From Mizuhopecten yessoensis (lineage: Eukaryota), in the NCBI RefSeq assembly GCF_002113885.1, contig NW_018408850.1, positions 222,739-286,738 on the forward strand: 64,000 nucleotides of DNA, read 5' to 3'. Below the pieces are notes generated by a model. That model did not search any database. It was not told the origin of the DNA and was given only the letters and a program-made list of their open reading frames with translations. Below, one piece after another: positions 1 through 13,099 of this stretch. Every line of letters begins with the position of its first letter. Position 1 is the stretch's first letter. The position numbers and the translations under genes are program-made.

Positions 1-58
1 TGATATTAACTTTACATGATCTATCATAAACAAATGTATGTGTACTACATTTTTCCAG

Positions 59-2385
59 GAACAGATCGAATGGGCTGTAGCAGGCGGAGCGGATTATATT
101 GTCGCGGAAACGTTCAACGACGTTGGAGAAGCTTTGTTAGCGCTCGAATGTATCAAAGAATATGGAAAAGGTACATAAACTCTGCATGGAGGTTTCAAAA
201 TCAACATTTCAATTTATAAATATTTTGTATTCAAAATTTGATTTTCTAGAGGTTTTATTTTACACCCCATGGTTCTGGTGAACTCGTTGTATCTTGAATA
301 TATTTTGTCAGGGTTATAATTGATATTTGCTTTAAAGTAGGAGGCATGGTAGTCAAGTGGTAGGACGCCGGGCTCGTGACCGAAGGGTTGCGTGTTCGAG
401 TCACGGCACGGCACTGTGTTGTATATTTGAGCAAGATACTTTACTTCGCTTGTTCCAGTCTACTCAGCTGTAGTTAAGTACGTGGTTGGGCAGTGCTAGA
501 ATTGTTGAATGCTAGCTGTCAGCGCCGAAATGAAAGTTCCGGTTGTATGCTCCCCAGGGAGTTGAGAAAGGTATTGGCTGGTTGTAAATGCCCTATAACC
601 ATGGATAATAATATGTGAACCGCTTTGAGACGACCTACGAACTAGGTTGTGATAAAGCTGTATACAAGAACCTCGAATTATTATTACTAAACTAGCTGCT
701 GTAGCGAAAAATATCTTTGGTAATTTGTATTCGTAAGTATTGATACTGCATTATGAACACAATCGTTATTTGAACTGAAAAAAATAGATAAAGCTAGGAA
801 AAGTACGAAAGAGGAAGAAGTACAATGGGCCATTTAAAAAGTCTCGAGATAATATTGACAAGGTGTTATGTAAGTGTTACCATATTTTGCTTCGCCGAAA
901 CCGCCACTTTAATCCAAGTAAATATGTGTAACGTCATGCCCTTGTAGTTGGAACCGATGAGGTGATCACGAAATAACAAGCTCGTGAGTTTCGAATTAAT
1001 TGCGACAGCTAAACCCTAGTTTGGGGATGTTATTATCAAGAAAAGGATAGGAAAGTCGAAACGTGTCACGTGTATCATACAGCTTAGTAGTTAACCTTCC
1101 TTGTTACTCATGTTTAAAGTTCTAATTTAATATGACCTGATATCCAAAGAGAATTCAAATTTTCCTAAAAATATTTCTCAATGAGGTCCGTGAGTTCGAT
1201 ATAAATTAAGAAATATGAGAAAAAAATCAAACAAAATATGAAATTATTTATTATCAGTACCAGCCGTCATCACCATGGGTAGCTTAGTAACTGGTTTGAC
1301 GGCTGATGGCTTTACCCACGTGGAGGCGAGTCTTCGGCTGGAGGAAGCAGGGGCGGACGTAGTGGGGCTCAACTGTTCACGGGGCCCGACTACCATGATG
1401 CCATTCATGAAGGAGATACGACAACAGTGTAAAGTATGTGTCATGTAATTACATCGTGATTATTTTCACTCAATAAATGACCATTAAACCCAGAAACATT
1501 CAGGTTAATTATAACCGCAGCTGGTAGTAAAACTAAATTCAAACCTGTATTCTTTTGCAAGAAAATACTTTCAGTCCAGATGTAATAATATTTCCTGTGG
1601 CGATGGTATAATTTACATGACCAATAAAGGGAATATTTTGTTTGAAGGGACCGATAGCCGCGTTGCCTGTGCCTTACAGAACAACTCCCACCCAACCAAC
1701 CATGCAGTCTCTCATTGTCCCGGAGACAGGTAAATTAAATACGCCTTAGCCACATTCTGGCATTATCACTGATATTTTTTGTTTTACTTTTAAATTTAGA
1801 TGAAATATCTTACGTACAACAGCTGGAATCCCATATATGGGTTGGAATAATTTTTCTACATTTCATTTTTGTATCGAACATTCATATATTCCTGCATTTT
1901 TTTAAATTTGAAATTGGGAGTAATAATTTAAAGATGTGATAGTAATGTGTAAGAATGTCCAGTACAAAGTTTGCCGGAACAATTGCCTTTACCCCAGACA
2001 TATGTTTAGCAAAGGATAAAACCAGGTCTTTACTCATAGACAGTAGTTTTCACTTTCCTATGTCATACAGAAGTTCCATATATCATTCAGAAATATTTGT
2101 ATTATATGTTTTACAGATAAATATGCCTTCCCGGTTGACCTTCCAGCGTTTACCTGCTCAAGAACGACTGTTCGTGACTTTGCACGGGAATGTCTGAAGA
2201 TAGGCGTGCAGTACATTGGATTATGTTGCGGAAACAGTCCGCATTACATCCGGGAGTTGGCGGAAGAATGTGGAAGAAGTCCTCCGGCCAGCAGATATTC
2301 CCCAAATATGTCTGAACACTACATATTCGATGGTAACGTCAAAGAATATCATGCCAAAACGTTACTCAACGAAATAAGGACCTGA
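59..2385 (+). CDS. BHMT: Betaine-homocysteine S-methyltransferase-like protein, copy 1 (5' exons lie left of the window)
   Basis: Exons 59-170, 1258-1433, 1648-1729 and 2117-2385 (TGA), all AG/GT flanked and in phase. Translation includes [28 protein letters not shown] and the GLCCG Zn-binding motif. Exon sizes are identical to copy 2. Confidence 0.9.
340..688 (+). mobile_element. tRNA-derived SINE, apparently full length, in a BHMT copy 1 intron
   Basis: A-box-like GGTAGTCAAGTGG and B-box GTTCGAGTC; central CORE/Deu-like tract (TTGAGCAAGATACTTTAC...CTCAGCTGTA); (TTA)n tail. A related copy lies at 5176. Confidence 0.8.
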
Positions 2386-2442
2386 ACTGTGCGAAAAATT
2401 TAAAAAAAATAAATAATGTAGAGCAGTTGCCGTTAAAGGAAA

Positions 2443-2558
2443 GTGGAAGAAGATCTCCGGGCAGCAAATATTCCCCAAATATGTCTGGACATTGTACATT
2501 TGGTTGTAACGTCAAGGAATATCATGCCAGAATGTTACGCCTCGAGATTAGAAACTGA
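2443..2558 (+). pseudogene. Stranded duplicate of the BHMT C-terminal coding end, downstream of the copy 1 stop
   Basis: Reads GRRSPGSKYSPNMSGHCTFGCNVKEYHARMLRLEIRN*, homologous to [37 protein letters not shown] of the terminal exon. Confidence 0.85.
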
Positions 2559-4918
2559 ATTAAGTACATATATGATTTAAAATATTTAATAATGTGATAT
2601 GATTAAGTTATTGAGAAATGTCTCTTACATGCATTACATATTCATTTACTAATTACTCAATTCTTTTATTTTTTTTACACTGCACTTCCCCAACTCTCTT
2701 CTAACTTCCCCTGTAATTTATTCACGTCACTATCCCTACGCTATAGTTGATAATGTTGGTTACGATGAAAGGTAACAGATAATAATAAGTCTATCAACAC
2801 TTGTTTCTGTTTCCAATTCATTTATGTATAATCATATTTGTATTATGTATTACATATGTTATGTGAATAAAACAAAGTTTAAACCAATCGTCAATCAAGA
2901 TATTTTTCTTTTTTCTTTTCCCTTTTTTTTTTTTTTTGCATCTCTCGTGGAGGAAATTGAAAACAAACATGCGCTTTTAAACAAATTTATTGACAATTGT
3001 TAAAATAGAACTCGAATGTTAAATAATTTGCTATGATGATCTATTTTAAACAAAGTTTACTGTAACCCTATATCCCCTTTCAAAAATCTATGACAAAGAA
3101 GTTTTAAGTGCCCCGAACAAAACAAAGCAAATGCTGAATTTAAATAACCGCAATACAAGGAATACGTGTCCAAAATCATATTATTCTTCAGAAACTTAGT
3201 CAAATTAAAGTTATTTCATCCGGGAATTTGTCAGAATACATGATTTTTAATGAATTCTAGAAAAAAGTTATAGTTCTGTAAAATATAAAAAAAAAAAGAA
3301 AAAAAGCAAGCAATAAAAACGAAAAAGTATGCAACTTCTATTTGCCTTTCACAAACGGTATCAAGCCCAATAAGATGGGCATGTGAGGGGAGGAGCAGGG
3401 GCATGGGGATATGCCACTTTTATTAGTGTATAAGGTATGGGAATCAATCTTTAATTTAGACATAATTTATTAGATAGTAATTCATTTAATAATAATGTAG
3501 GTATATTACCTATGGGGAAATATCTCATCAAGGCAGTAGGTGCCTTTGCAATCATTCGGCAATTCTGATTTAAATACTCTAAATGGTAACATCGTGTTAA
3601 CAGGAATACACGATGATGAAAGATCAGTATCATTTCTTGTGTATGTTGACCTATTTTATAAAAGAAATGTTTCCCATTATGACCCCTTTGTGGGTCAGAC
3701 TTGAAAAAAGTTAATTGCACGATTGTTTTACAGGTATGAATATACTTCAAGAGTGAAACAAATCGGTGATGTCAGATTGACTATTTTGTGTAGTGTTGTT
3801 TCTATTAAATAAATTCAATTGTCTTCATATGCATATTTTTCTTCTATTCCTGCGAATTACTACTAATCATTCCCTGAATTAACATTCAATCATTTTTCAT
3901 CCCAAAAACTCAAATCGAGCAACAATGACGGACGGACGGAACAACTCCGAGGACAGAATAGTGACGTTGTTTTACTATGGCGTAAAATGAAGCTAAATTG
4001 TTCGGAAGGTTTTCAATAATCGCTCAGGTTTATTTACACCATGAAGCAAGTCCTAGTCGTAACTAAGGTGGCAAATACGAAAATACAATAGTATTTTTTT
4101 TTATTTAAATCATACATTTACATGTCTCCCTTCTTCAGCTTAGTAACCTCTGATTGTGTATATTTAGCGTATACGCATGCAGTGAAAAAAAGGCTCGGCG
4201 GTTTGATACTTGTTTCAAATATGGCGCCGTTCACGCTTCATCAAGACAACAGTCCAATGACAACCAATGCTTGGTTTATTCACCATCTACATACAAAGAA
4301 CATATTCGGGATTCATTATGTCTAATTATGCAACAAAAGAATGCTGAAAAACTTCTTATTCCATGGATGCATATTCAAATTTCTTTGGTGGTAGCGTCAA
4401 CAATGGCGGCTTCGTTCTGAAACATTCGACCGCGTCACTCCATGAGCATTGTGTCAATGCGCGTACATGACGACCGTTGTAAATGAATAGAAAATTTCGA
4501 AAGGTTTCTCACATTGCTTAATTTAAAATTTAATTTGTTGCCAACTGCGTTCATACTACCGTATACGCCGTCAAAATGAAGGTCAGTCCTTAAATAAACA
4601 TTCCTGTGTAACATTTCATTATTTCACAATCCACTCGTGTTTAAGGTCATTACTGTAATGATCAATAAAATCTGTAATATCAATATGTTCTTATTTTCAA
4701 AAACAAATTACTGAATTATAAGAAAAAATCAGCAACTTTAAACTATTACATTTATATTTCACAAGTGAATTAAATCTTCAGATCTGAAGTTATGTTTATG
4801 CAGCACAGTGACAACGATGTACAGATAAGGTGACGGTACTAAGATCCGACATTGTCTTTATCTTGACGTGGGGACATGTCCTCAATAGATATAACGTAAC
4901 TGTATATTTAATCAGAAC

Positions 4919-4931
4919 ATGGCAGCAAAAG
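4919..4931 (+). CDS. BHMT: Alternative or relic first coding exon (MAAK-G) for BHMT copy 2
   Basis: ATGGCAGCAAAAG|gtatgt has the same phase and peptide as the exon at 6787-6799 and would splice in frame to 8235. Confidence 0.6.
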
Positions 4932-5175
4932 GTATGTGTATATTGTTAGCGTTCAAATACATATTGATGCAAGATAGGATCGTATCTATTATAATGTATT
5001 GGTGGCAGGTACAACAAAGACATTTCGAATATATACTAAATATATACTGAATATATACTGAAGCAATCAGAGCAAATACCTCACAATGTTAAACATATGA
5101 CATGCATATCATCAAGGCCTCGCATAGTAGAAACGCCAAATGACACGGTGGCTTTGTTCGCCATAACCTGGTTAC

Positions 5176-5386
5176 GGAAGCACGTTAGTCTTGTGGTAGA
5201 GCGCCGGGCTCTTGACCGAAGGGTTCCGGGTTCGAGTCACGGCAATGTGCTGTATCTTTGAGGAAGATGCTTCACTCAGCTGTAAATGAGTACGTGGTTA
5301 GGCAGTGCTAGAATTGTTGAATGCTAGCTATGAGCACCGAAATCGCAGAACCGGCTGTATGCTCTCCAGGGAGTTGAGAAAGATAT
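5176..5386 (+). mobile_element. 3'-truncated copy of the same tRNA-derived SINE
   Basis: Aligns with 340-570 (GGGCTC.TGACCGAAGGGTT, GTTCGAGTCACGGCA, GGCAGTGCTAGAATTGTTGAATGCTAGCT, CCAGGGAGTTGAGAAAG). Confidence 0.8.
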
Positions 5387-5392
5387 AAATTT

Positions 5393-5529
5393 ACATCATC
5401 ATCATCATCCTCACAATCATCATCATCATCCTGATTGTCGTTGTCATCATCATCTCCATTATCATCAGCAGCAGCAGCAGCAGCATCACTATATCATCAG
5501 CATCCTGATCACTAACATTCAAACTATCC

Positions 5530-5574
<45 letters not shown>

Positions 5575-5642
5575 CCTCACAATCATCATCATCATCAACA
5601 TCATCCTGATTGTCGTTGTCATCATCATCATTGTCACCATCC
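5393..5642. repeat. Compound (CAT)n/(CAG)n microsatellite with an internal block duplication
   Basis: Direct inspection; CCTCACAATCATCATC...CCTGATTGTCGTTGTCATC occurs twice. Confidence 0.9.
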
Positions 5643-6693
5643 ATACAATGCGTGTTGTGTTAGCAACACACCTCACCAGACAGCCACTGAACCACACCGC
5701 AACATCATTTTTTTAACAAGGTACACTCAATATTTGACATCAACACACACAACAAACATGATTAACTCATTCATATTGAGGAAGATCAGCTTTTTCTTTT
5801 TAATATATTGTTACATGTATACACATTTTATGACGGACAATATAATCCACATCATGTTATATTTTATTTCAGAACCAAATCATGTAATGCACTTCATTAA
5901 AAAGCACTAACAGATATACCCACTCCTATACACTTTCACTTACACACACTCACATACACTTTATCTACAAAAAGGATAAAACTCCTGTTATTGCTATATC
6001 TGATATGTGTATAATATTGTCGAAAATGAAGGAGAAACAAGAGAGAAGAAAAGAATAAGAAAAGGAATGAATAGGCATAGATATTCCGTTGCAATGCTAG
6101 TTATTAACATTTATGATGATATGCAACAACGATCCCTTACAATAACCTCCAATATGCGTCACCGCGCATCATGGAGTATTTTGTATTGGAAATGTGTAGA
6201 ACAATATTATAAATGTAACAAAGATGCAGGATGAGACAATAAGGTTTGCATGTGTTTTAATGTACAGTGATATAAGAAAGAAGAAGAAAATTCAGATAGT
6301 TCGACTACCACAACATCAGACATTTAATAGAACCAAGTTAATATTGCTTTTTATTTTTATAAAATTACAAAATTACGTCACACTTCTATAATTTGTAATA
6401 CGAGTACAAATGCCTTATGATATATTAGCCGTGAATACTATAGTTTTTTCGGTGATTTCTTTTCCATTCTTAGAAAACCCTGTGTTTATTTGATATCAAA
6501 CACAAATAATCTATTCACTCACGTGAAATTATATATATATATATATATATAGCAGATAATAAATAAATAAGTCCTTGCGAAGGAAAATATAGAATAAAAA
6601 CATAATTTTTTCAGATCGTCCGCTAGGCCTTTCTGCCTTCTAGGGCTTCTTAGTATATATATATATATATACATATATATTGAACGATATCAC

Positions 6694-6758
6694 TTGTCAC
6701 GTGACAAAACTCCTTACTCTGCCTCGTCTTCTGCTCATTAAAAGTATATGCATAAAAA
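6694..6758 (+). promoter_or_regulatory. Putative proximal promoter of BHMT copy 2: palindromic E-box plus TATA-like element
   Basis: TTGTCACGTGACAA at 6694-6707 and CATAAAA at ~6752, just upstream of ATG 6787. Confidence 0.4.
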
Positions 6759-6786
6759 GTGACCTGGTTAACCGACAGACCGGAAA

Positions 6787-9700
6787 ATGGCAGCGAAAGG
6801 TAAGGTGCTTGTTGTGTCCTAGTTGTCAACCGTACACATCACCATTTGTTTCCAAACTTAATTCTCTCAAATTTTGAAATGTCAATCGACACACTTAAGC
6901 ATACTCCAAATATGTTATGATAATTACAATCAGATACGTACTACATACACATGCAACCATGTAACGAAACTACATCAGTGTCTTAGTTGATCAAGGCAAT
7001 TCATTATCTAACCATTTCAGCTGAACGAGCTAAAAGCTAGGAGCATACCTTGGTATGATATTTACTTCATTGTGTCTTAGTCTTAAAGACAAGGAGGGTG
7101 TAACGGGTAACGACAGGATTTGCTTGTAGCGTAGATATTTTTAGACCGAAGACAACCTACAACATGTAGAACTATTCGTATTATTTACTGAACTCAATAT
7201 AACACTCTCCTTCAATCTACTCTCCACCAGATGAGTATTGGTAGAAGTCGTATCTACAGTGAACCTATTTCTGACGGTGCAGGATATGGACACAACAACA
7301 ACCGTCTTACCAAACAGTTTCACAGTTGTTCGCACACAAATATAATTATATGTACGTAATTAATATTGAATAAAAACTGTTTAAACTAAATGTAAGTCAC
7401 ACGGACATTTGACACGATTTGCTACACAAATCACATTATGATACAAGTCATATGGAATTCCTACATAATTTGTCACAGAAATGTAGGTCGTGTTGACCTC
7501 GCAGTATTAAATGAAGCTGAAGTTACACCTCTTCACAGATTCAATGTATATACAAATGTAAGTTCTCTTACAGTATCAAGGGTACGTAACACTTTACCAT
7601 ACAGGAAAGTATGTGAAGAAAACAACCACACACATACACATTGCCACACAGGTGAGTATTGTCAGTAAACCCAAAAACGGGACATTTTTCAGCTAAATAT
7701 TGAGGTGAAATATTCTAGGGGGGGTGGGGGGCATAATTAATTTTCTTCTCCAAATTAGCATCAGTTTTGAAGAAGAAATTGTCTCTGAAAGACTGAAAAT
7801 TGTATCCGTATAGAGAGCGACGGCACGTACATTTACACATCTATGTTTTCGACATTGTTATACTGTCCGTGTAACAATAATCAACAGCCAACAAAGCCGA
7901 CACATACAGTTGAATTGATATAAACATATCACGTAGTAAAAATTGCATACATAAAATACTTCTTTGACTTGCGTGCCAATTTCTTTCCCACAAGCGTCCC
8001 GTTTTGAGTACACTGATGTCATGTGAACTGTTACACGCTACCACAAATGATAAGTGTTTGGCAATGCAGATTATTTTAGACGTATGTGCATGTATTATGA
8101 ACAGATGTGACCGCTGTACGTTGTCTTCATACCAAATCTATACCACCGGCATTTGATATTGCATTAGGCTGTAATGTTTCAGCTTTGGTAGCAACCTTCA
8201 CAACAACATTTGACAGAATCTTTTTTCTTTTTAGGTTTGTTGGAGAGACTGAAGTCAGGGGAAAATGTTGTCGTTGCGGAGGGATATCTTTTTGAGTTTG
8301 AGAGAAGAGGTTACCTTAAAGCCGGAAGTTTTATACCAGAAGTTGTCCTCGAACACCCTGAAAAGGTCAAAGGGTTGCACGAAGAGTTTGTCCATGCCGG
8401 AAGTGACGTCGTGTTAGCTTTTACGGTAATAGATGTTTATCAAGTGAAAATTAAACTTTCCGTTAGGAGTTTACACTTGAAGGCTTTCCTGACAGAGTTG
8501 TTTATTTTTCCGCACAACCTTCAGTATATATGCCTATCACATATCTTGTCTAGACGAATAAGTTTGTAAATCGTAAAACAAATGCAATACATTGTAATGT
8601 TTATGTCAGCTCTTTACATTGCACGGTTTCTCGTCAATTAATCAATCGCATGTAAATACAAAATACTACGTAGGAAAATGTACATGAATAGTAATGATTT
8701 CATCACTGCAGTTTTTTTGGGGTTTTTTTTTTTTTGCTTTTATTTTCTGATCAATCACTATTTTATTTTATTCCAATTTAGTACTATGGACATCGTGAAA
8801 AGCTAAGACAGTGCGGACGTGAAAGAGACCTGGAAAAGTTAAATGTTACCGCCTTGAAAATCGCTCGCCAAGTAGCAGACGACACAGGAACACTCATGGC
8901 GGGAAACATCTGTAATTCGTGTGTATACGAGGTCGGCAACCCAGCATCAATAGAAACGACACGAAACATGTTTAAGGTTTACATTTTATTTTTTATTTTT
9001 ACATTTATCTAATATTGCAAATATTTAATGCTTTGTGAGATACACGGTGTTGTGTGTATTCTCGAGGGCAACTGATTGGAATTTCAAATGTCCCGCGCGA
9101 ATTTTAAGAAGTGGTGCTTTATTTAATTTTGTGGGCTGAGGAATGAATAACCAAAATGAATCTAATCACTACCGAGCTAAAGGACTCATCATGTTCTGAT
9201 AAGCGGTTGTTATATAAGTGTACAGTGGCGGAACTATGTTTTCCAGGAACAGATCGAATGGGCTGTAGCAGGCGGAGCGGATTACATTGTCGCAGAAACG
9301 TTCCACAATGTGGGAGAAGCATTATTAGCGCTCGAATGTATAAAAGAATACGGAAAGGGTACATTAAATCTACTTTTTAAATATGAACAGTAATGAACTG
9401 TTTTATATCCTGAACTTTGCAAAAAGTATATTTCTCTCATAAGACATCACATAGTTTTAAACACATTTTATAAATAAATGGTAATATTTTCAAAAAAATA
9501 TAAATGATTAAAACTGTTTCTGTATCGTTTAGATATGCAGATGTAAAAGGTAAAATGCCTAGATAACGTACTAAACTGTACACAAACAACGTTCTGTCAA
9601 CCCTCGTCATCCTCGATACCCAAGGGCTACGCTCACTTTCGCTCTCTGCACCCCTGGAATATGTCAAATCAAACCTGAAGGCTCAGTGTGCGCCAAGTTG

Positions 9701-12365
9701 TGGATGAGACAAGAAGACTAGTTTGATCCTTTGATGTACATCAGAAGAATATTGAGGTCACGTAAGGGTAAAACTTCCTGGCTTTGAAGTAGAGCGTCGT
9801 TCCTTTGTAATCCTCAAAGGACAGGTATCGGCCTATTGATTGGTCAGGTGTTTTTTTTACATGAGACCAATCGAATAGCTAGACACATGTCTTTAATCTT
9901 GCTATGTCATATTCCAGGGGCGCAGAGAGCGAAAGTGAACATACCCCATGGATAACGAGGATGACCCGTCGTAAGAAACTAATAAACATATTAAAAAACT
10001 ATCAATGTTTCAAATGATATATTTATAAGTTCCTTATATGTATTAGTACCTGCTGTCATCACCATGGGAAGTTCGGCGAATGGTTTGTCCTCTGATGGTT
10101 TTACACACGTGGAGGCGAGCCGTCGACTGGAGGAAGCAGGAGCGGACGTAGTGGGACTCAACTGTACACGGGGACCAGCCACCATGATGCCATTCCTTGG
10201 GGAGATTCGGCAACAGTGTAAAGTACGTCCTTTGTAAACAAGTTATCATTTTTATCAAAATTCAATCAATCACTATTTTATTCAGAAACATTCAGGGCTA
10301 TGATAACTTTAAAAGTCATGTCGAAACATGTGCAGATGACTAGTACGATATGTACACTGTCACCTTCATCAGACAAATGACAAGTGAAGCGTATGCACAC
10401 AAAGGTGTAAAATGTGTACGAGTTGTCCACAAAATCGATGTCGATTTCGGCTAAGCTGTAAGCGTATGTACAATAGTTGTTACATATGTACCGAAATGAC
10501 TCGATTCAGCTACGCTTTGTTTATGTGCGAGAGTCTTTAAGCCCCCTCGTCTCGATTTAGAACTGACTCACTGCGGCGTATCCAGATGGTTTCCTTTATC
10601 TGCCGCTTGCACAGATTACTCTCTCTGTTCAAAACTTTTACAACCCAATCAATCACATAATTTTCACTGAATACATTTCTTTGAATTTCCTGACAACTAT
10701 AAAATGCAACGAGGAAATTATTTGCATGATGTCTTAATTTATTTTATCAATTTAAATACGTTTTATATATTTTCAATCGTGACCAATAAACTTGGATAAT
10801 CATTTAATTAATGAAGCGGACATTTTGTTTTAAGGGACCAATAGCCGCGTTGCCTGTGTTGTACAGAACCACGCCCGCCCAACCAACCATGCAGTCTCTC
10901 ATTAATCCTGAAACTGGTAAAGTTACTACACCTTTATATGTGTTTAATAAATACCAAATTGAGTTTTTTAATGGCAAATTAGCAGAACAACAGTGATATG
11001 TGACCCCTCAAATGTCTTCACTGTCTGAAACCTGACATAGCGAGAGGCGTTTGAGACTTTGAAGCTTTTGAGTTGATATCAAAAACTTATAACCTCGGAC
11101 GCATTTAGCCTTTATCCTTTATTATCATGGTCTTTTCTTTCTATGCAAACATCTTTAAGAAACTAGATATGATTAGGCAGTTTTTACCTCACAGGTCTCA
11201 GTCCTATACAAATATTGGGATGCCCTTGATATTTGTGTACGGTATATCAGCTAGATGTATATTTATCATTTATGTATTTTTGGATGTAAATATGCGATTA
11301 TATAAACTTGAGAAAGCGATATTAACCGAGACGAATATCACCTCCTCGGGTCTATATAACCGCATATTCACCTCAGTAAAAGTATTTAGTTATTACATCA
11401 AATGCTAAATAATGTTTTAAGCATTTCAAAAGGGTTGAAGTTATACCGAAGAAAGTACTGCATTTGGCAGAAAATATCGTCACGTCACAATTGAAGAGAC
11501 GTCATAAAATGAATAGTGACCTGCAGTTTCTGAAAAAAGTGCAACCGAATAAATATCACAAATCATCGACTTCCACGTGATTATGATCCAACCAATGGTG
11601 AAGTATGTATACATGTATATATATGTATATAAATACTTCAATATGTTTATGTACTTCATTGTCAGCTTACTGAGGTACCTGACCTTGTACACCTGCTGTC
11701 TTTAACACATATTGTTATAAGATATGCAAATTTTTTTTTTTTTTTCATTTTGATCAATATTCATGTATTGATCGATATTGATGATCGATTTGACCTATGA
11801 CCTTGGGTAACCAACATATTTACCTTTACATTATTATGAGATATGGAAAAAAGGTGTGTCTTACTGATCGACATTGGTTTGGTTGTCCTCTAACCTGGAA
11901 AAAATAACGTTTACCCTGGGAATATTTGTTGTTAATGAAATGGATCAAGGACTAAATGTAACAATTGAAACATGTAACAAGTTTTCAATACAAGAAGAGT
12001 AGCTATGTGTAGCATTAACAAAATATGAAACTGTAGGTTTTCAAGAAATGTCAGTCATGTTTTGTAAGGAACGATGTTGTTTTGTATATTCTACAGGTAA
12101 ATATGCCTTTCCGAGTGATCTTCCTGCGATGGCCTGCTCAAGAACGGCTGTTCGCGAATTCGCACGGGAATGTCTGAAGATAGGAGTGCAGTACATTGGA
12201 TTATGTTGCGGAAACAGTCCGCATTACATCCGGGAGGTGGCGGAAGAATGTGGAAGAAGTCCTCCGGCCAGCAGATATTCCCCAAATATGTCTGAACACT
12301 ACATATTCGGTGGTAACGTCAAAGAATATCATGCCAAAACGTTACTCAACGAAATAAGGACCTGA
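6787..12365 (+). CDS. BHMT: Betaine-homocysteine S-methyltransferase-like protein, copy 2 (345 aa)
   Basis: Exons 6787-6799, 8235-8425, 8782-8976, 9247-9358, 10047-10222, 10835-10916 and 12097-12365 total 1038 nt. [35 protein letters not shown] resembles the BHMT N-terminus (GILERLNAGE..ALEKRGYVKAG). GLNC and GLCCG supply the Zn ligands. Confidence 0.93.
7070..7426 (+). mobile_element. Possible LTR remnant (polypurine tract plus TG...CA LTR) in BHMT copy 2 intron 1
   Basis: AAAGACAAGGAGGG is immediately followed by TGTAAC (7099); the segment ends GCTACA (7426) and contains AATAAA at 7369. Confidence 0.35.
9606..9965. mobile_element. MITE with ~60-bp terminal inverted repeats
   Basis: GTCATCCTCG...CACTTTCGCTCTCTGCACCCCTGGAATATG is mirrored by CATATTCCAGGGGCGCAGAGAGCGAAAGTG...CGAGGATGAC. 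Confidence 0.75.
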
Positions 12366-13099
12366 ACTGTGCGAAGAATTTGAAAAATAAAATTATGTAG
12401 AGCAGTTGCCCTTTAAGGAAACCAATGTACGCGGAATCATAGATAAACAATTAAAATGTTAATGGAATATCATATACTTAATTGTAAGTAAAGATAAATG
12501 TAATCAGGAAGTGTTGTTTGCGTTTTGTGCTGCTTTTTTTTGCTGATTGGGTTCAATAAAAACAAACACGCTGTTGTCCGAGGAAGAATCATGTTTCTGT
12601 TAGTTTAGTGACAATTATGAGCTTGTTCAGGAAGAGGGAAGGGGGCCTCAAGACAGGTTTTGAGGCAGGATAGATATAAGATTGTCCATTACCACTTCCG
12701 GTTATCAGGGGCACTCCTAAGAGGAGAAAAGATTGATCGTCTTCGGAAGTGAGAAGTCTAACAACAGAAGAGCAGAATCCTTCGCTCCTGAAGCGGACAG
12801 AAGAATGAAGTCAACTGACATAGGAACGTCCCGTAGTACCTTCTCCATTTTGAATCAGGCACAGACGTGGGAGGGTTAGAAACTCGATTGAATTTCTTTG
12901 AAACCCTCACGGGAAGTATTCGCAGATGCTCATCAGTGCAGATTACTATAACAAAATATAAAAGGTATCAGGCTAGGTATACGGTGATAGCTTTAAAACA
13001 ACAGTACATTTGTTTTATGTATATGTAATATTGGAAAGCATTTAGAAAAATCGTTACGAGACAAAAAAAACAAGGGTTTGTATTTATGGCAATAAAGAT

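Noticed and set aside
340-415. tRNA gene (also 5176, 28015, 61580-61910 and 63300)
   Set aside because: A/B boxes are present but there is no intact cloverleaf; all are embedded in repeat bodies.
7598-7657. Zinc-finger-like HTHCHTGE with a strong donor GTGAGT
   Set aside because: No CxxC and no further fingers; derives from CA-rich low-complexity sequence.
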